Virus record (IMG/VR): IMGVR_UViG_3300031420_000005
DNA from: an uncultured virus (IMG/VR IMGVR_UViG_3300031420_000005)
Taxonomy: Duplodnaviria; Heunggongvirae; Uroviricota; Caudoviricetes
Reading direction: 5' to 3' (one strand)
Length of the DNA: 64,000 nucleotides
This document shows, piece after piece, positions 19,526 through 28,770 of this stretch. How positions within the stretch are numbered: the stretch's first letter is position 1; every line of letters starts with the position of its first letter. The notes under the pieces are model-generated. The model did no database searches. It was not told the origin of the DNA and worked only from the letters and a program-made list of their open reading frames with translations. Both the position numbers and the translations under genes were made by a program.

Positions 19526-20520
19526 TCCTCCTCGACGGCGAGATCAGCGAAGACGAGCTCTCGGAGGGCCTCGAATCCGACGGGAACAGCGACAGCTCTC
19601 AGTTCTCTGTCAACCGCTACTCCTCCGACTACGCCCGGCAGGCCTTCGTGGCCATCGACCAGCTCAAGGTAGGTGACATCATCTGGGACGAGCTCGGCCG
19701 GGAGGGCGCGGTCATCGAGGAGATCTCTGTGGGCGGGGTTGAGGGAAGCCGCTACTACGGGCTCAAGAGCGGCAAGGTCACTCGCAACTTCCGGGAAGAT
19801 GAGGACAGCTACGGGGTGCGGATCACTCGACTCCGAGACATCGAGGCCCTTCGGGATCTGGAGCTGGCCGAGGTCGAGCGTCGCTACAGAAAGCTCCTCG
19901 CTCAAGAGCGCCGTCAGGATCGGCCGTCGCCCACTCAGCAAGCGGCCCAGAAGAAGCTCTCTGGCCGGCGCAAGGGTAGAGCTCTCGACCGGCTCGTCGA
20001 GGAGATCCGGGTCGGGGACACCGTCCATGTGCACAACAAGGGCTGGCGTAGGGTCGACCGCATCGACGAGGTTGGAGGCTTCCTCAAGCTGCGACTCAAT
20101 GGAGGCGAGATCGTCAAGCGTCGGCCTCACAGTGGTGCCAAGCTTCGGGCACTCGAGTGGTATGACGAGACCGATAAGCTCCGGGAGGCTCAGGCGCCTC
20201 GAACGGAGATCGAAAGGGTCATCGAGGACTACGCCATGAGTGGAGCCCGCCGGGGGAAGGTGGTCGCGCGATCCTTCGACGCCATTCAGAAGGGCAATCT
20301 CGTCGAGTGGCCGGATCTAGGCTGGCAGACCGTCGCCTCTGTGGTGGCCACTCCTGCCAACAGCTACAGGGAGCGTGAGGTCAAGATCCTTGCCCTGGAG
20401 TCGGGAGAGCGGTTCACCAGGGCTCCTGCGGACTCAGAAGGTGCTCTGAAGGTTTTCGTACCCGATGACGGTGCGTCCATCGATGACCTCTTCTCGAAGA
20501 TTGACATGGAGGCGCTGTGA
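19522..20520 (+). CDS. family S1 protein
   Basis: Start MILLDG, ATGA-coupled; LKVGDII, IRVGDTV...KGW, IQKGNLV...LGW. Confidence 0.75.
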   Translation: MILLDGEISEDELSEGLESDGNSDSSQFSVNRYSSDYARQAFVAIDQLKVGDIIWDELGREGAVIEEISVGGVEGSRYYGLKSGKVTRNFREDEDSYGVRITRLRDIEALRDLELAEVERRYRKLLAQERRQDRPSPTQQAAQKKLSGRRKGRALDRLVEEIRVGDTVHVHNKGWRRVDRIDEVGGFLKLRLNGGEIVKRRPHSGAKLRALEWYDETDKLREAQAPRTEIERVIEDYAMSGARRGKVVARSFDAIQKGNLVEWPDLGWQTVASVVATPANSYREREVKILALESGERFTRAPADSEGALKVFVPDDGASIDDLFSKIDMEAL

Positions 20521-21173
20521 TTCTCTTCGATGGGAGTGCTGCGGCACCATCCAAGGAGCTTGAGAAGCTCTCCGTGAGTCCCTCGAATGAGCTCGCCTCC
20601 ACCGATAGGCTCATCTGGAAGGATCCAGCTGATGTGCGTCGAGGAGAGGAGGTGCTCACTGAGGAGGGCTGGCAGCAGGCTGCAGAGTCTGCGAGGCAGC
20701 TCTACAGAGAGTTCGATGAGCCCTACGCTCTCCGCGTGAAGGGCTCAGGCACACGCGATGTTGACCTCCCCCGGTTCTACTGGCCGGACGGCCGACCTGC
20801 TGTCCGAGTTCGCAATCCCCTGGATGACTTCTACAGCCTCGGCGCTCCCGAGGAGCTCTACGGCTTCACGACGGTTCGCTTGGAAGATCTCCAGCCCGCT
20901 CTCGATCAACTCGGAGTACTCACCGTTCGAGGAGACGACGGAGAATGGAAGTTCCTCCATAGGCTCATGGCACCCACCACTCGAAGGGGGAAGCTCAAGG
21001 TCGGCCGCCTACGGGGCGTCAGCCATAGTGCCGGAGGTGAGGAGATCTACAAGTTTTGGATCTACGACTACGGTGGAAACAATCACTACGCTGTGGACAT
21101 GCGCTGGACTCTCTTTGCGAGGTACTTAGATGCACTCGCCGAGAAGGCCCTTAGCCCCCGAGAGGGCTTCTGA
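20517..21173 (+). CDS. family S1 protein
   Basis: MILFDG; WKDPADVRRGEEVLTEEGW. Confidence 0.75.
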   Translation: MILFDGSAAAPSKELEKLSVSPSNELASTDRLIWKDPADVRRGEEVLTEEGWQQAAESARQLYREFDEPYALRVKGSGTRDVDLPRFYWPDGRPAVRVRNPLDDFYSLGAPEELYGFTTVRLEDLQPALDQLGVLTVRGDDGEWKFLHRLMAPTTRRGKLKVGRLRGVSHSAGGEEIYKFWIYDYGGNNHYAVDMRWTLFARYLDALAEKALSPREGF

Positions 21174-21826
21174 TGATCTTCTTCGAGGGTGCCGAAGACC
21201 CGGCCCTTCGTAGCACGGTTCATCCTCTGAGCGGATCGATTTCCGATCTGCGCTGGAAGGACCCCGAGCATGTGGAGGCAGGCGATTTCGTGCTCACGGA
21301 GCGAGGATGGCTGCGCAGCTACAGCCATCTCTACGCCTCCATGAAGGCCCTAGGATCGTTCCATCTTCAGCTCAAGGGTGGCGGCCTTATTGAGCTTCCC
21401 CGGCTCTACTGGAACCATGGGAGCAATCCGGTCATCTGCGTGGGCTACACCGACCACAGCCTGGCCCTGGACGCTGAGCTCAGTGAGATCCACAGGATCA
21501 GCAAGGTGCCCCTGGAGGAACTCCGGCCGGGAGATGCCGTACAGCTCGGCTACAGCTGGCAGGTAGTGGATCGCTTCAGGATCCCGGACAATCCGAGCCA
21601 GGTCAACCTCAAGCGCCGCAAGAATCGACCCATGGGGGAGCTCTTCGGCCGGGACGGCACCATCGATCAGTTCGAGCTCCAGCTCATCTCTCAGAGCTAT
21701 GGAGCGCCCCTGGTGGAGGTCCGCCGGGATCTCGCCCCTGAGGATCTGGGGTTCGAATCGTCCAGAGTGAAGCTCGCCATGGGCGAGTACAGTTACAACA
21801 GCCCCAAAGAAGGAGTGCAGCGATGA
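21173..21826 (+). CDS. family S1 protein
   Basis: MIFFEG; WKDPEHVEAGDFVLTERGW; LPRLYW matches LPRFYW in 20517. Confidence 0.75.
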   Translation: MIFFEGAEDPALRSTVHPLSGSISDLRWKDPEHVEAGDFVLTERGWLRSYSHLYASMKALGSFHLQLKGGGLIELPRLYWNHGSNPVICVGYTDHSLALDAELSEIHRISKVPLEELRPGDAVQLGYSWQVVDRFRIPDNPSQVNLKRRKNRPMGELFGRDGTIDQFELQLISQSYGAPLVEVRRDLAPEDLGFESSRVKLAMGEYSYNSPKEGVQR

Positions 21827-22164
21827 CAGTAGAGGATCTCAGGCCTCTGGAGGCAATCCAGTGGGCACCATCGGGCCACGGTCTCGACGGAGTACCGGGT
21901 GAGGTGATGGCCTTCCTGGCTACAGACGATGGCAGGACCCACGGCTACGGCTACGGACCCGGCTGGGCCATGGACTTTGACTCAGAGCAAGGTCAGATCC
22001 GGGTACTTCCCACTCAGTGGATTGTTCGGCTCTCCAACGGCGCTCTGGTGGTTGAGGAGGAGCGTCCCGAGGGTGTTCACATCTTCGATGTTGAACAGCG
22101 CATCGAAGAGCTCAAGATCATGCGAGAGCTCCGGGAGCGCTCCAGAAGAGAGGGTTGCTGGTGA
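21823..22164 (+). CDS. hypothetical protein
   Basis: SD AAGGAG, coupled. Confidence 0.65.
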   Translation: MTVEDLRPLEAIQWAPSGHGLDGVPGEVMAFLATDDGRTHGYGYGPGWAMDFDSEQGQIRVLPTQWIVRLSNGALVVEEERPEGVHIFDVEQRIEELKIMRELRERSRREGCW

Positions 22165-22745
22165 GCAAGCACAGTACACTGAGAAGAACTTCTGCCGTCC
22201 TGGGGCTCCTCGCACTGGGTACAGTAGCGCTCACGGGCTGCGCTGATACCTCAGACCAGTCCAAGGTTCAATGGAAGCAGATCGAAAGTAGGAAGATCGT
22301 AGCCCTCGACTCGACCCAGAGCCTCTTCATCTCCGGAGGTCGCCACTCCATCGACGGCAAGAGCCAGGTCGACTACCGCTTCGCACAGAAGACCCGGGAT
22401 GGTGCAATCCGAGAGGATCTCGTCAGTAGTCTCATGGAGCGTGTCCCGGGCTACTCCGAGGGCATCACTGACTATGTGGTGGATGTCTACGAGGACGCTG
22501 AACCCAAGAGTGCGAAGCTCGGTGTCTACGACTGTGAACCTGCAAAGCCCAAGGGCGAAGACAAGGATCTCAGCCCGGCGAAGCTCTTTGGCTTCAGCTA
22601 CAATGCCTGTGCCACGGATGACGGTGAGGAGATCGACTACCTCGTGCGGATCCATGTGCCCAAGGGCACCGTTGATCGAAGCTTCGGCCCCGAAACTAGC
22701 GATGACAGCGAAGAGGGATCAGGAGATGGCTCTAGCTCGCGCTAG
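22161..22745 (+). CDS. lipoprotein
   Basis: Lipobox LTGC. Confidence 0.75.
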   Translation: MSKHSTLRRTSAVLGLLALGTVALTGCADTSDQSKVQWKQIESRKIVALDSTQSLFISGGRHSIDGKSQVDYRFAQKTRDGAIREDLVSSLMERVPGYSEGITDYVVDVYEDAEPKSAKLGVYDCEPAKPKGEDKDLSPAKLFGFSYNACATDDGEEIDYLVRIHVPKGTVDRSFGPETSDDSEEGSGDGSSSR

Positions 22746-22858
22746 GAGCGATTCTCAGGCACTCTGAGCGCTTCTGCCCACATGCTTACGACATCTGATG
22801 ATCGAGGGCTTAGAGGGCAGCTCAGCACTCCCAGAGGAAACTGACTAGAGGAGAGACC

Positions 22859-23443
22859 ATGGACAGCAACTGGAAGCTCATCGCCGACTCCTGCCTCGGC
22901 GGCGAGGATCCCGAGCATGTGGAGCTCAAGAACGGTGACATCGTGGGCTACCGCTGGATCACCACCTCTCCAGGTCGCGGTCGGGGTCGGATCCACTTCA
23001 TCTTCCGAGAAGTGAAGACTCCGGATGTTCGACTCAGCCGGTTCCCCGAGGGTCCCCACGATTCTCGCTACGAGCTCGTAGTCGACCAGCTGCCCACCGA
23101 AGATCCGATCCGCAGCTTCCAGCAAAAGGATGGCGACATCCTGATCTACCGTCACTGGAGGAACCACTTCGAGAAGAGTCGCCTCCTTCGAGTGGAACGG
23201 CTTCGAGAGGGAGAGGTCGAGCTCTTCGGCAAGGAAGCTCGAGAGCGAACTAGGCTTGAGCGCGATGGTGTATCGTTGCCTGATCTTGACATCCTCAAGC
23301 AGATCACGGATCGACAGGATGACCGCAGGCAGCAGACCGCTGACCTGCGAAGCTACGCGAAGAGCTACAGACGCACCGGAGAGCTCCCGGAGGGGCTCGG
23401 AGATCGGCTCGACCACTGGGCCGACCTCCTCGAAGAACGCTAG
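22859..23443 (+). CDS. hypothetical protein
   Basis: SD AGGAG, 194 aa. Confidence 0.7.
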   Translation: MDSNWKLIADSCLGGEDPEHVELKNGDIVGYRWITTSPGRGRGRIHFIFREVKTPDVRLSRFPEGPHDSRYELVVDQLPTEDPIRSFQQKDGDILIYRHWRNHFEKSRLLRVERLREGEVELFGKEARERTRLERDGVSLPDLDILKQITDRQDDRRQQTADLRSYAKSYRRTGELPEGLGDRLDHWADLLEER

Positions 23444-23459
23444 ACGAAAGAGATTCACC

Positions 23460-23831
23460 ATGAAGAAGATCCTCGCCATCGCTGCCCTGGGCTGCGGAGT
23501 GGCCGCAATGCTCACGGGTTGCTCCAGCGCCAGTGACGCTGTGGTCGGAGATCCTGACAACTCCCTGCAGGTCGTGTCCGTGGAGCTTCCTGGAGATCGC
23601 GCCGTGGACTGCGTCGGTTCCAAGTTCCATACCAGCGTGGTAGAGCCCGACTGCAACTGGGACCGGGTCCGGGATGGCGCCCCTTCCTCGAAGGAGAAGG
23701 AGCACAGTGGCCTTCAGAGCTATACTGTGAGCCTCGATGGGAACAGGGAGCTGCTCTGCGTAGGTTCGATCTACGGCTCCAGTGTGATCGATCCCGACTG
23801 CGACTGGGACTCCATCAACCGAGATAGGTAG
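23460..23831 (+). CDS. lipoprotein with duplicated Cys-containing domain
   Basis: MKK signal peptide, LTGC; LQ...V.L.G.R...CVGS....SV..PDC.WD twice. Confidence 0.8.
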   Translation: MKKILAIAALGCGVAAMLTGCSSASDAVVGDPDNSLQVVSVELPGDRAVDCVGSKFHTSVVEPDCNWDRVRDGAPSSKEKEHSGLQSYTVSLDGNRELLCVGSIYGSSVIDPDCDWDSINRDR

Positions 23832-23895
23832 GAGACTTCGGTAGGATAGCTCCAGCACTTCCTTCCTCGAACCTCCAGACAGAAGGGCCAAACCC

Positions 23896-24195
23896 ATGGC
23901 TACAGGACGCAAGAAGATCTCAGACAGCGCGGTTGACGAGTTCCATCGGGCGGGCGAGTACGCCGACGGGCTCGAGGGCTTCACCTTCGTGGACGAAGTC
24001 GAAACCGGCGAGTCAGACAACCACGGTGGGGATCTCCTCATGCTCGTGCTCAAGGACTCCAAGGGTACGCTCTACGGGGGCGAATTCGCGCTGCACATGG
24101 GCGAGGGGGAGATCTACGAGTTCCCGGGCTATCTGGTTCCCGTAGAGCGCGTCGAGAAGACCGTCACTGTCGTGAGCTACAAGCCAGTAGGCTGA
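23896..24195 (+). CDS. hypothetical protein
   Basis: 99 aa, codon bias. Confidence 0.65.
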   Translation: MATGRKKISDSAVDEFHRAGEYADGLEGFTFVDEVETGESDNHGGDLLMLVLKDSKGTLYGGEFALHMGEGEIYEFPGYLVPVERVEKTVTVVSYKPVG

Positions 24196-24231
24196 GGATA
24201 CCGGCTAGTAGCTTTCGTGATAGGATCATCC

Positions 24232-24411
24232 ATGAGTCCGCGGTTCGGGCTCCTGGTTTCGATCTCCCTGCGCGGGATCGGATGAGTCCAGACAGCTACC
24301 CGGTAGGCGGCCGCTTCTCCATTCAGATTGTTCTCAGATCTCGCCATCGAGCGTGTAGGCAACGGGTGGATCAGTAGGCGCAGGGTGGTGGTCCACAGAT
24401 TGGCTTACCCC
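24232..24411 (+). ncRNA. Structured kissing-loop leader RNA, copy A
   Basis: After TGaTAGGAT (24218-26); hairpin GAGTCCG/CGGGCTC; loop CCCTGCGC 24266-73 complementary to GCGCAGGG 24378-85 inside a GTGGA/TCCAC stem. Confidence 0.75.
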
Positions 24412-25578
24412 ATGGCACAGAACAACAAGCTCAAGCGTCGGGCTCAGGCCTTCATGGCCGACCACGAGGGTGTGACCTACCTCAACGCCCTCAAGGCGGT
24501 CGATGAACCACTCCACGAGCTCCGGGATCTCGTCTTCGGAGTAGGGTCAGAATACAACTACGGCGGCGCTAGAGGGTTCCGGATCGTCCCTCGTCAGGGC
24601 AGCTACGGCTATGCATTCGGCGATCTCCCGTCTCACAGGGCAGTCGATGAGCTCGAGCTGACGCGATTCGCTTATCCTATGGTTTTCCTTGAGGAGCTCG
24701 TAGACCGCAAGCGGCTCATTCAGAATGCTGGAGTGAGTCACATCTGGGCGTACCGGGAGCTCTACCGTGCTGGGCTGTTGGACAGTGGAGCAAGAGCCCT
24801 TGAGCCCCTCTTCCATCACTTCGATTCGATGATCGGGGAGAGCTATGGTCCTCTGAACAGCTTTGAGTCACACCTGGTGGGGATCTACTCAGTCAATGTT
24901 TCTGACTTCCTCGGTATCTTTGATCGCGGCAACAGCATTCCCGCTACGAAGCTTCAGCTCGAACAGCTCCTGGCGGGGAAGCCAGCAGGAGAGTTCGAAA
25001 CCCTCCCTCAGATCACTGCCGATGGTATTCCAGCCCGTGACTGGACAGACAGCTACGATCTTCTTGCAGTGTCTGGGCAGGCCGATTCCTACGAAAAACC
25101 CAAGCTTTCGATCTTCTTCAAGGGCACTGAGGAGGAGCTGCACAGGGAGCTCGAAGCTAGAGATCTAGACTCCTCCAGGTTCAGAGTCAGGGACATCTCG
25201 ATGCAGGAAGTAGATTTCCACGGGTTTGCCACCTGGATTCAGGCAAAGCTTGCTGACAATACTCTGGTCCATGGCACCACCGAAGAGGTTCTTCTCTGGG
25301 GCACGCAGTCGCCCGCTAAACCCACCATCCTGGAGGTAGCCGAGGGCATCGGCCTGAAGTTCGAGCGCAACGGGGACGGGAGCTTCGTCCTCGACTCGGA
25401 GGGCAAGATCTCCACGGCCTGTCCCTTCCACGAGGATACGGACAGCTTCATCCTGCTCCCCGATCAGGGTGAGCACGGTTTCTTCATGTGCTACAGCTGT
25501 GGCCGCAACGGTAGCCCCGAAAGACTGAGATTGAACTGGGAGAACCCCAACATCCTCGATGAAATAGCTGCAAGCTAG
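24412..25578 (+). CDS. N-terminal basic-tag protein with C-terminal CHC2 (primase-type) zinc finger
   Basis: Start MAQNNKLKRRAQ; CPFHED...FMCYSCG. Confidence 0.8.
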   Translation: MAQNNKLKRRAQAFMADHEGVTYLNALKAVDEPLHELRDLVFGVGSEYNYGGARGFRIVPRQGSYGYAFGDLPSHRAVDELELTRFAYPMVFLEELVDRKRLIQNAGVSHIWAYRELYRAGLLDSGARALEPLFHHFDSMIGESYGPLNSFESHLVGIYSVNVSDFLGIFDRGNSIPATKLQLEQLLAGKPAGEFETLPQITADGIPARDWTDSYDLLAVSGQADSYEKPKLSIFFKGTEEELHRELEARDLDSSRFRVRDISMQEVDFHGFATWIQAKLADNTLVHGTTEEVLLWGTQSPAKPTILEVAEGIGLKFERNGDGSFVLDSEGKISTACPFHEDTDSFILLPDQGEHGFFMCYSCGRNGSPERLRLNWENPNILDEIAAS

Positions 25579-25640
25579 GATCTCAACTAATCTGACCTCA
25601 AGCCCGGTTGTGGAACTGTCTCCACTGTGATAGCATTGCC

Positions 25641-25836
25641 ATGAGCCCAGCGGATTGGGCTCCTGGATCGGACTCCCTGCGCGGGTTCCCCCACAGTCCA
25701 GACAGCTATTCGATGGCGGCCGCTTCTTCACCGTAGGACCCTCTGAACACAGTTCTGCCCACCATGGGCTACAATCGATCAACAGTGGACTCCGGTAGGC
25801 GCAGGCTAGTGGACTCCACGAGATTGGTCTATTCCC
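25641..25836 (+). ncRNA. Structured kissing-loop leader RNA, copy B
   Basis: After TGaTAGCAT; GAGCCCA/TGGGCTC hairpin; CCTGCGC 25676-82 complementary to GCGCAGG 25799-805 inside a GTGGA/TCCAC stem. Confidence 0.75.
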
Positions 25837-27222
25837 ATGGCAACAGTCAACAAGGCACTGAAGAAGCGAGCACAGGCCTTCGCCGAGGAGCACGAGCTCC
25901 CCTATCTCAAGGCGCTCAAGGCCGTCGATGAGCCCCTCCACCAGCTCCGAGATCTCACGGATCCTGAGGAGCTCAAGCGACTGGGCTACCACCCTCACTT
26001 CCGGCTCATCGATGAGAAGGAGAGAGAGCGCGCCGATCCGAAGTCCGCCTACGCCGAGCTCATCGCAGCGAAGTTCCCTGCGGTGAATGCCCATGAGCAA
26101 GTCATCGTGGAGAAGGGACTTCCCCACTTCGCCACACTGGACAATCTCTACGGTGAATGTGGGACTAGGCTCGCCAGGCTTCACCGGGAGGGACTCACAG
26201 ACATCTGGAGCTACAGAGAGCTTCATAGGGCCGGGCTCCTCGGTCCGGAGGCTCAGCCCATGGAGCCGGTTTTCCACTACTTCGGCTGGCATCTCAATCA
26301 GAGCGGAGACTCCGCACTTCCCGGAGAGGGGAAGCTCGGGATCTTCTGTGTGAGCATCGCGGAGGGTCGCTTTCGGGGGACCGGGGGCCTCATCCCTGTT
26401 ACAGAGACTCAGCTCGGGGCACTGAAGTCAGGTGAGTCTATGGAGCGTATCGAGCTGACTCCGCTATCCGAGGCTGGAGCCTTCTACAGGCTGCAGGAAG
26501 CCCATGAGGCACAGACAGCGAAAGAGGAGAAGCAAACCGCTGACCGGGAAAGGGTCAACTACTTCGTAGATCTCATCGACAACTTCCTCGAAGGAATGGA
26601 TCGAAGTGAGCGATCCTCCCTTCGCTCTGTGATTCAAGATCTAGTTTCCCAGGGTGAAGTCACCATAGAGGCCATCGTGACTGAACTTCGAAGTGCTCAG
26701 AGCTCCACCGCTCGGAAACTGGGCACTCGAATCATCCGTGCCACGGGAATCTCAGTAACTGGTACGACCGCTCGGGAAACAGCCGGGCGAGGATCAGCTG
26801 TGGACATTCTGAACGCTCTGGGACTAGATGATGATGAGCTTCGCAGTGCGCGGGAGGAGGTGGCGCTTGAGAAAGCGCGAGAGTCCATGGTGCAATCCAT
26901 GAACTCCCTGTGCTCGACGCTGATATCCAACTTCGACATGCGCTTCGAGGAGAACCGCAAGCTCATTCGGGACTTCGCACTGGGAGAGCTCGACGAGAAC
27001 GGTGGCGCTAACTTCCTCGCGGGGGTCATTCGTACTCTGAGGAGCAGTGACTCTCCCGACGCTAGGTGCATCGGCGCAAGGCTCATCGACGGCCTTGCAA
27101 CTCTGGACGATGCAGACGAAGAGACTTCAGATGAAGTCCACACGCTCATCTCGTCCATGCAGAAAACGGCTACTCGCATCGATGAGATGAGTGGAACTAT
27201 CTCTGTCGTGTACCCCTACTAG
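25837..27222 (+). CDS. N-terminal basic-tag protein, paralog of 24412 and 28771, with helical C-terminal repeats
   Basis: MATVNKALKKRAQ...ALKAVDEPLH; IWSYRELHRAGLL...EPVFHYF. Confidence 0.8.
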   Translation: MATVNKALKKRAQAFAEEHELPYLKALKAVDEPLHQLRDLTDPEELKRLGYHPHFRLIDEKERERADPKSAYAELIAAKFPAVNAHEQVIVEKGLPHFATLDNLYGECGTRLARLHREGLTDIWSYRELHRAGLLGPEAQPMEPVFHYFGWHLNQSGDSALPGEGKLGIFCVSIAEGRFRGTGGLIPVTETQLGALKSGESMERIELTPLSEAGAFYRLQEAHEAQTAKEEKQTADRERVNYFVDLIDNFLEGMDRSERSSLRSVIQDLVSQGEVTIEAIVTELRSAQSSTARKLGTRIIRATGISVTGTTARETAGRGSAVDILNALGLDDDELRSAREEVALEKARESMVQSMNSLCSTLISNFDMRFEENRKLIRDFALGELDENGGANFLAGVIRTLRSSDSPDARCIGARLIDGLATLDDADEETSDEVHTLISSMQKTATRIDEMSGTISVVYPY

Positions 27223-27231
27223 AACAGCGTT

Positions 27232-27278
27232 GATCTCTGGCCGGACAATGCCTCCACGGTACTGTCCGGCCAGAGATC
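27232..27278. repeat. 16-bp perfect inverted repeat (terminator-like or binding site)
   Basis: GATCTCTGGCCGGACA-N15-TGTCCGGCCAGAGATC. Confidence 0.75.
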
Positions 27279-27341
27279 TGTGGTTGGCAGCGAGCTTCCC
27301 GCGGCCTCGCCTCCGTTAGAGATCTGGAGGAAGGAGATCCC

Positions 27342-28427
27342 ATGGCGAAGTTCCACATCAACAAGGCAGGTAACCCCGGTTCCTGTCAAGCCAAGCCTGG
27401 GAACTGTCCCTACGGCAGCGAGCGCGACCACTACAGCAGCAAGGAAGATGCCCGGGAGATCTACGAGGCTCAACAAGAGCTCCTTGCGCAGATCGGCGTC
27501 GGTGGAAAGCATCCTCTGAGCTCCGCCACCGAGACTGCCCTCACTGCGGATCTTCAGCCCCTGGATCAGCAGCCTGCATGGATCTGGGAACACTCATCCA
27601 GGCTCCAGCAGGAGCTCTTCGGTGTGACTCCCCAGGTCATCGCCACCGTGGACAGTCCCCTGGGGCCACTGGCCGTGGTCTGGGAGGAGGCCACCGTGGA
27701 GCCCAACGATCTCGTCTCTGAGGTCGAGGATGGCTACCTGATCTCCCGGATCTCCTACCGGACCATGGCCACCGGTGAGCTCGTGGGTTACCTAAAGACT
27801 ACCTCCATGTCTGAGGAGTCAGTGGCCAAGAGCTTCGGGAACGACGAGTGGCGAGGGCTGCGCTACTCTCGAACCCGGGAGTCCTTCTATCCCATGGATC
27901 GGGAACATGTGCAGGGTCAGCGGGACTACGATCCCCACCAGAGCGCAGAGGACTTCGAGCGTTCCCGGGTAGAGCCTCCGAAGCTTGATAGCAAGGAGAA
28001 GCTCGTAGAGTTCGTGGGCAAGGCCCAGAGTCACTTCCGATCCTACAGCGATACCACTCCTCACTTCATGGATGAGCCGGAGCTCCGCAGTGAGCTCAGC
28101 AGGCTTCAGGAACTCGCCAATGAGAACCTCGATCACTACCGGGAGAGCTTCGAGGAGCCCTTCATCGATTACATCAAGCTCGACCGGGAAGAGCTTCGCG
28201 GCCAGGGACTGGGAGCCTCCCTCTATGTGTTCATGGCGAGGAAGCAGGCTGAGCGTGGACTGCCTCTGCGCGCATCGGGTCTACAGACTCCCGAGGCTGA
28301 GACGAGCTGGCGTACCATGGCTGCTGACACTCGCTTCCCGATTCGGGTAGCCAACAGCCTCTACCGGGATCGGAACAACCGGAAGGTCAGCGCGAGCTTC
28401 TTCCTCGACTTCCGGAACCAAGACTGA
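27342..28427 (+). CDS. N-terminal His/Cys knuckle with C-terminal GNAT-like acetyltransferase
   Basis: FHIN..G.PG.C.A..GNCPYG...HY; LRGQGLGASLY acetyl-CoA motif A. Confidence 0.65.
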   Translation: MAKFHINKAGNPGSCQAKPGNCPYGSERDHYSSKEDAREIYEAQQELLAQIGVGGKHPLSSATETALTADLQPLDQQPAWIWEHSSRLQQELFGVTPQVIATVDSPLGPLAVVWEEATVEPNDLVSEVEDGYLISRISYRTMATGELVGYLKTTSMSEESVAKSFGNDEWRGLRYSRTRESFYPMDREHVQGQRDYDPHQSAEDFERSRVEPPKLDSKEKLVEFVGKAQSHFRSYSDTTPHFMDEPELRSELSRLQELANENLDHYRESFEEPFIDYIKLDREELRGQGLGASLYVFMARKQAERGLPLRASGLQTPEAETSWRTMAADTRFPIRVANSLYRDRNNRKVSASFFLDFRNQD

Positions 28428-28592
28428 CGAGGCTAGGATCGGCCGACAGCTATTCGCAGCTGCCCGGCTAAGGCGCTGACTCCCTGGAACCGATCAACCC
28501 GACGAGCCCGGCGGCTTCGGCGCTCAGAGCGCAGCCTACTGTTGCTGGAGTGGTGTCTGTTGTGCATCCGGAGAATCCGTGATAGGATCTAG

Positions 28593-28770
28593 GTGAGCTC
28601 GCGGTTCGGGCTCCCGGTTTCAGGCTCCCTGCGCGGGTCTGGATGGATCCGGATAGCCCATTGGATGGGCGGCCGACTTGCTCACATTCAGCACTGCCTC
28701 CTTCCCGGGAGGGCTTAGAAGCTAGTGGAGTGGCCAGCGCAGGTCGTCGTTCCACGGAAGTAGCTCAGCC
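28593..28770 (+). ncRNA. Structured kissing-loop leader RNA, copy C
   Basis: After TGaTAGGAT; GAGCTCG/CGGGCTC; CCTGCGC 28628-34 complementary to GCGCAGG 28737-43 inside a GTGGA/TCCAC stem. Confidence 0.75.

Noticed and set aside
18509..21826. Intein/Hint domains suggested by L..GD.V..GW..V motifs
   Set aside because: No N-terminal Cys/Ser block, no TxxH and no terminal HN; units are short repeats.
24328..24411. Upstream TTG/GTG extensions of the ORFs at 24328, 37952 and 63542
   Set aside because: These fall inside the conserved leader RNA; paralog alignment places the starts at 24412, 38000 and 63530.
24232..28770. Leaders A-C as a simple by-product of gene duplication
   Set aside because: Stems show compensatory changes while the middle is unalignable, and the same topology recurs before non-paralogous cargo at D and E.
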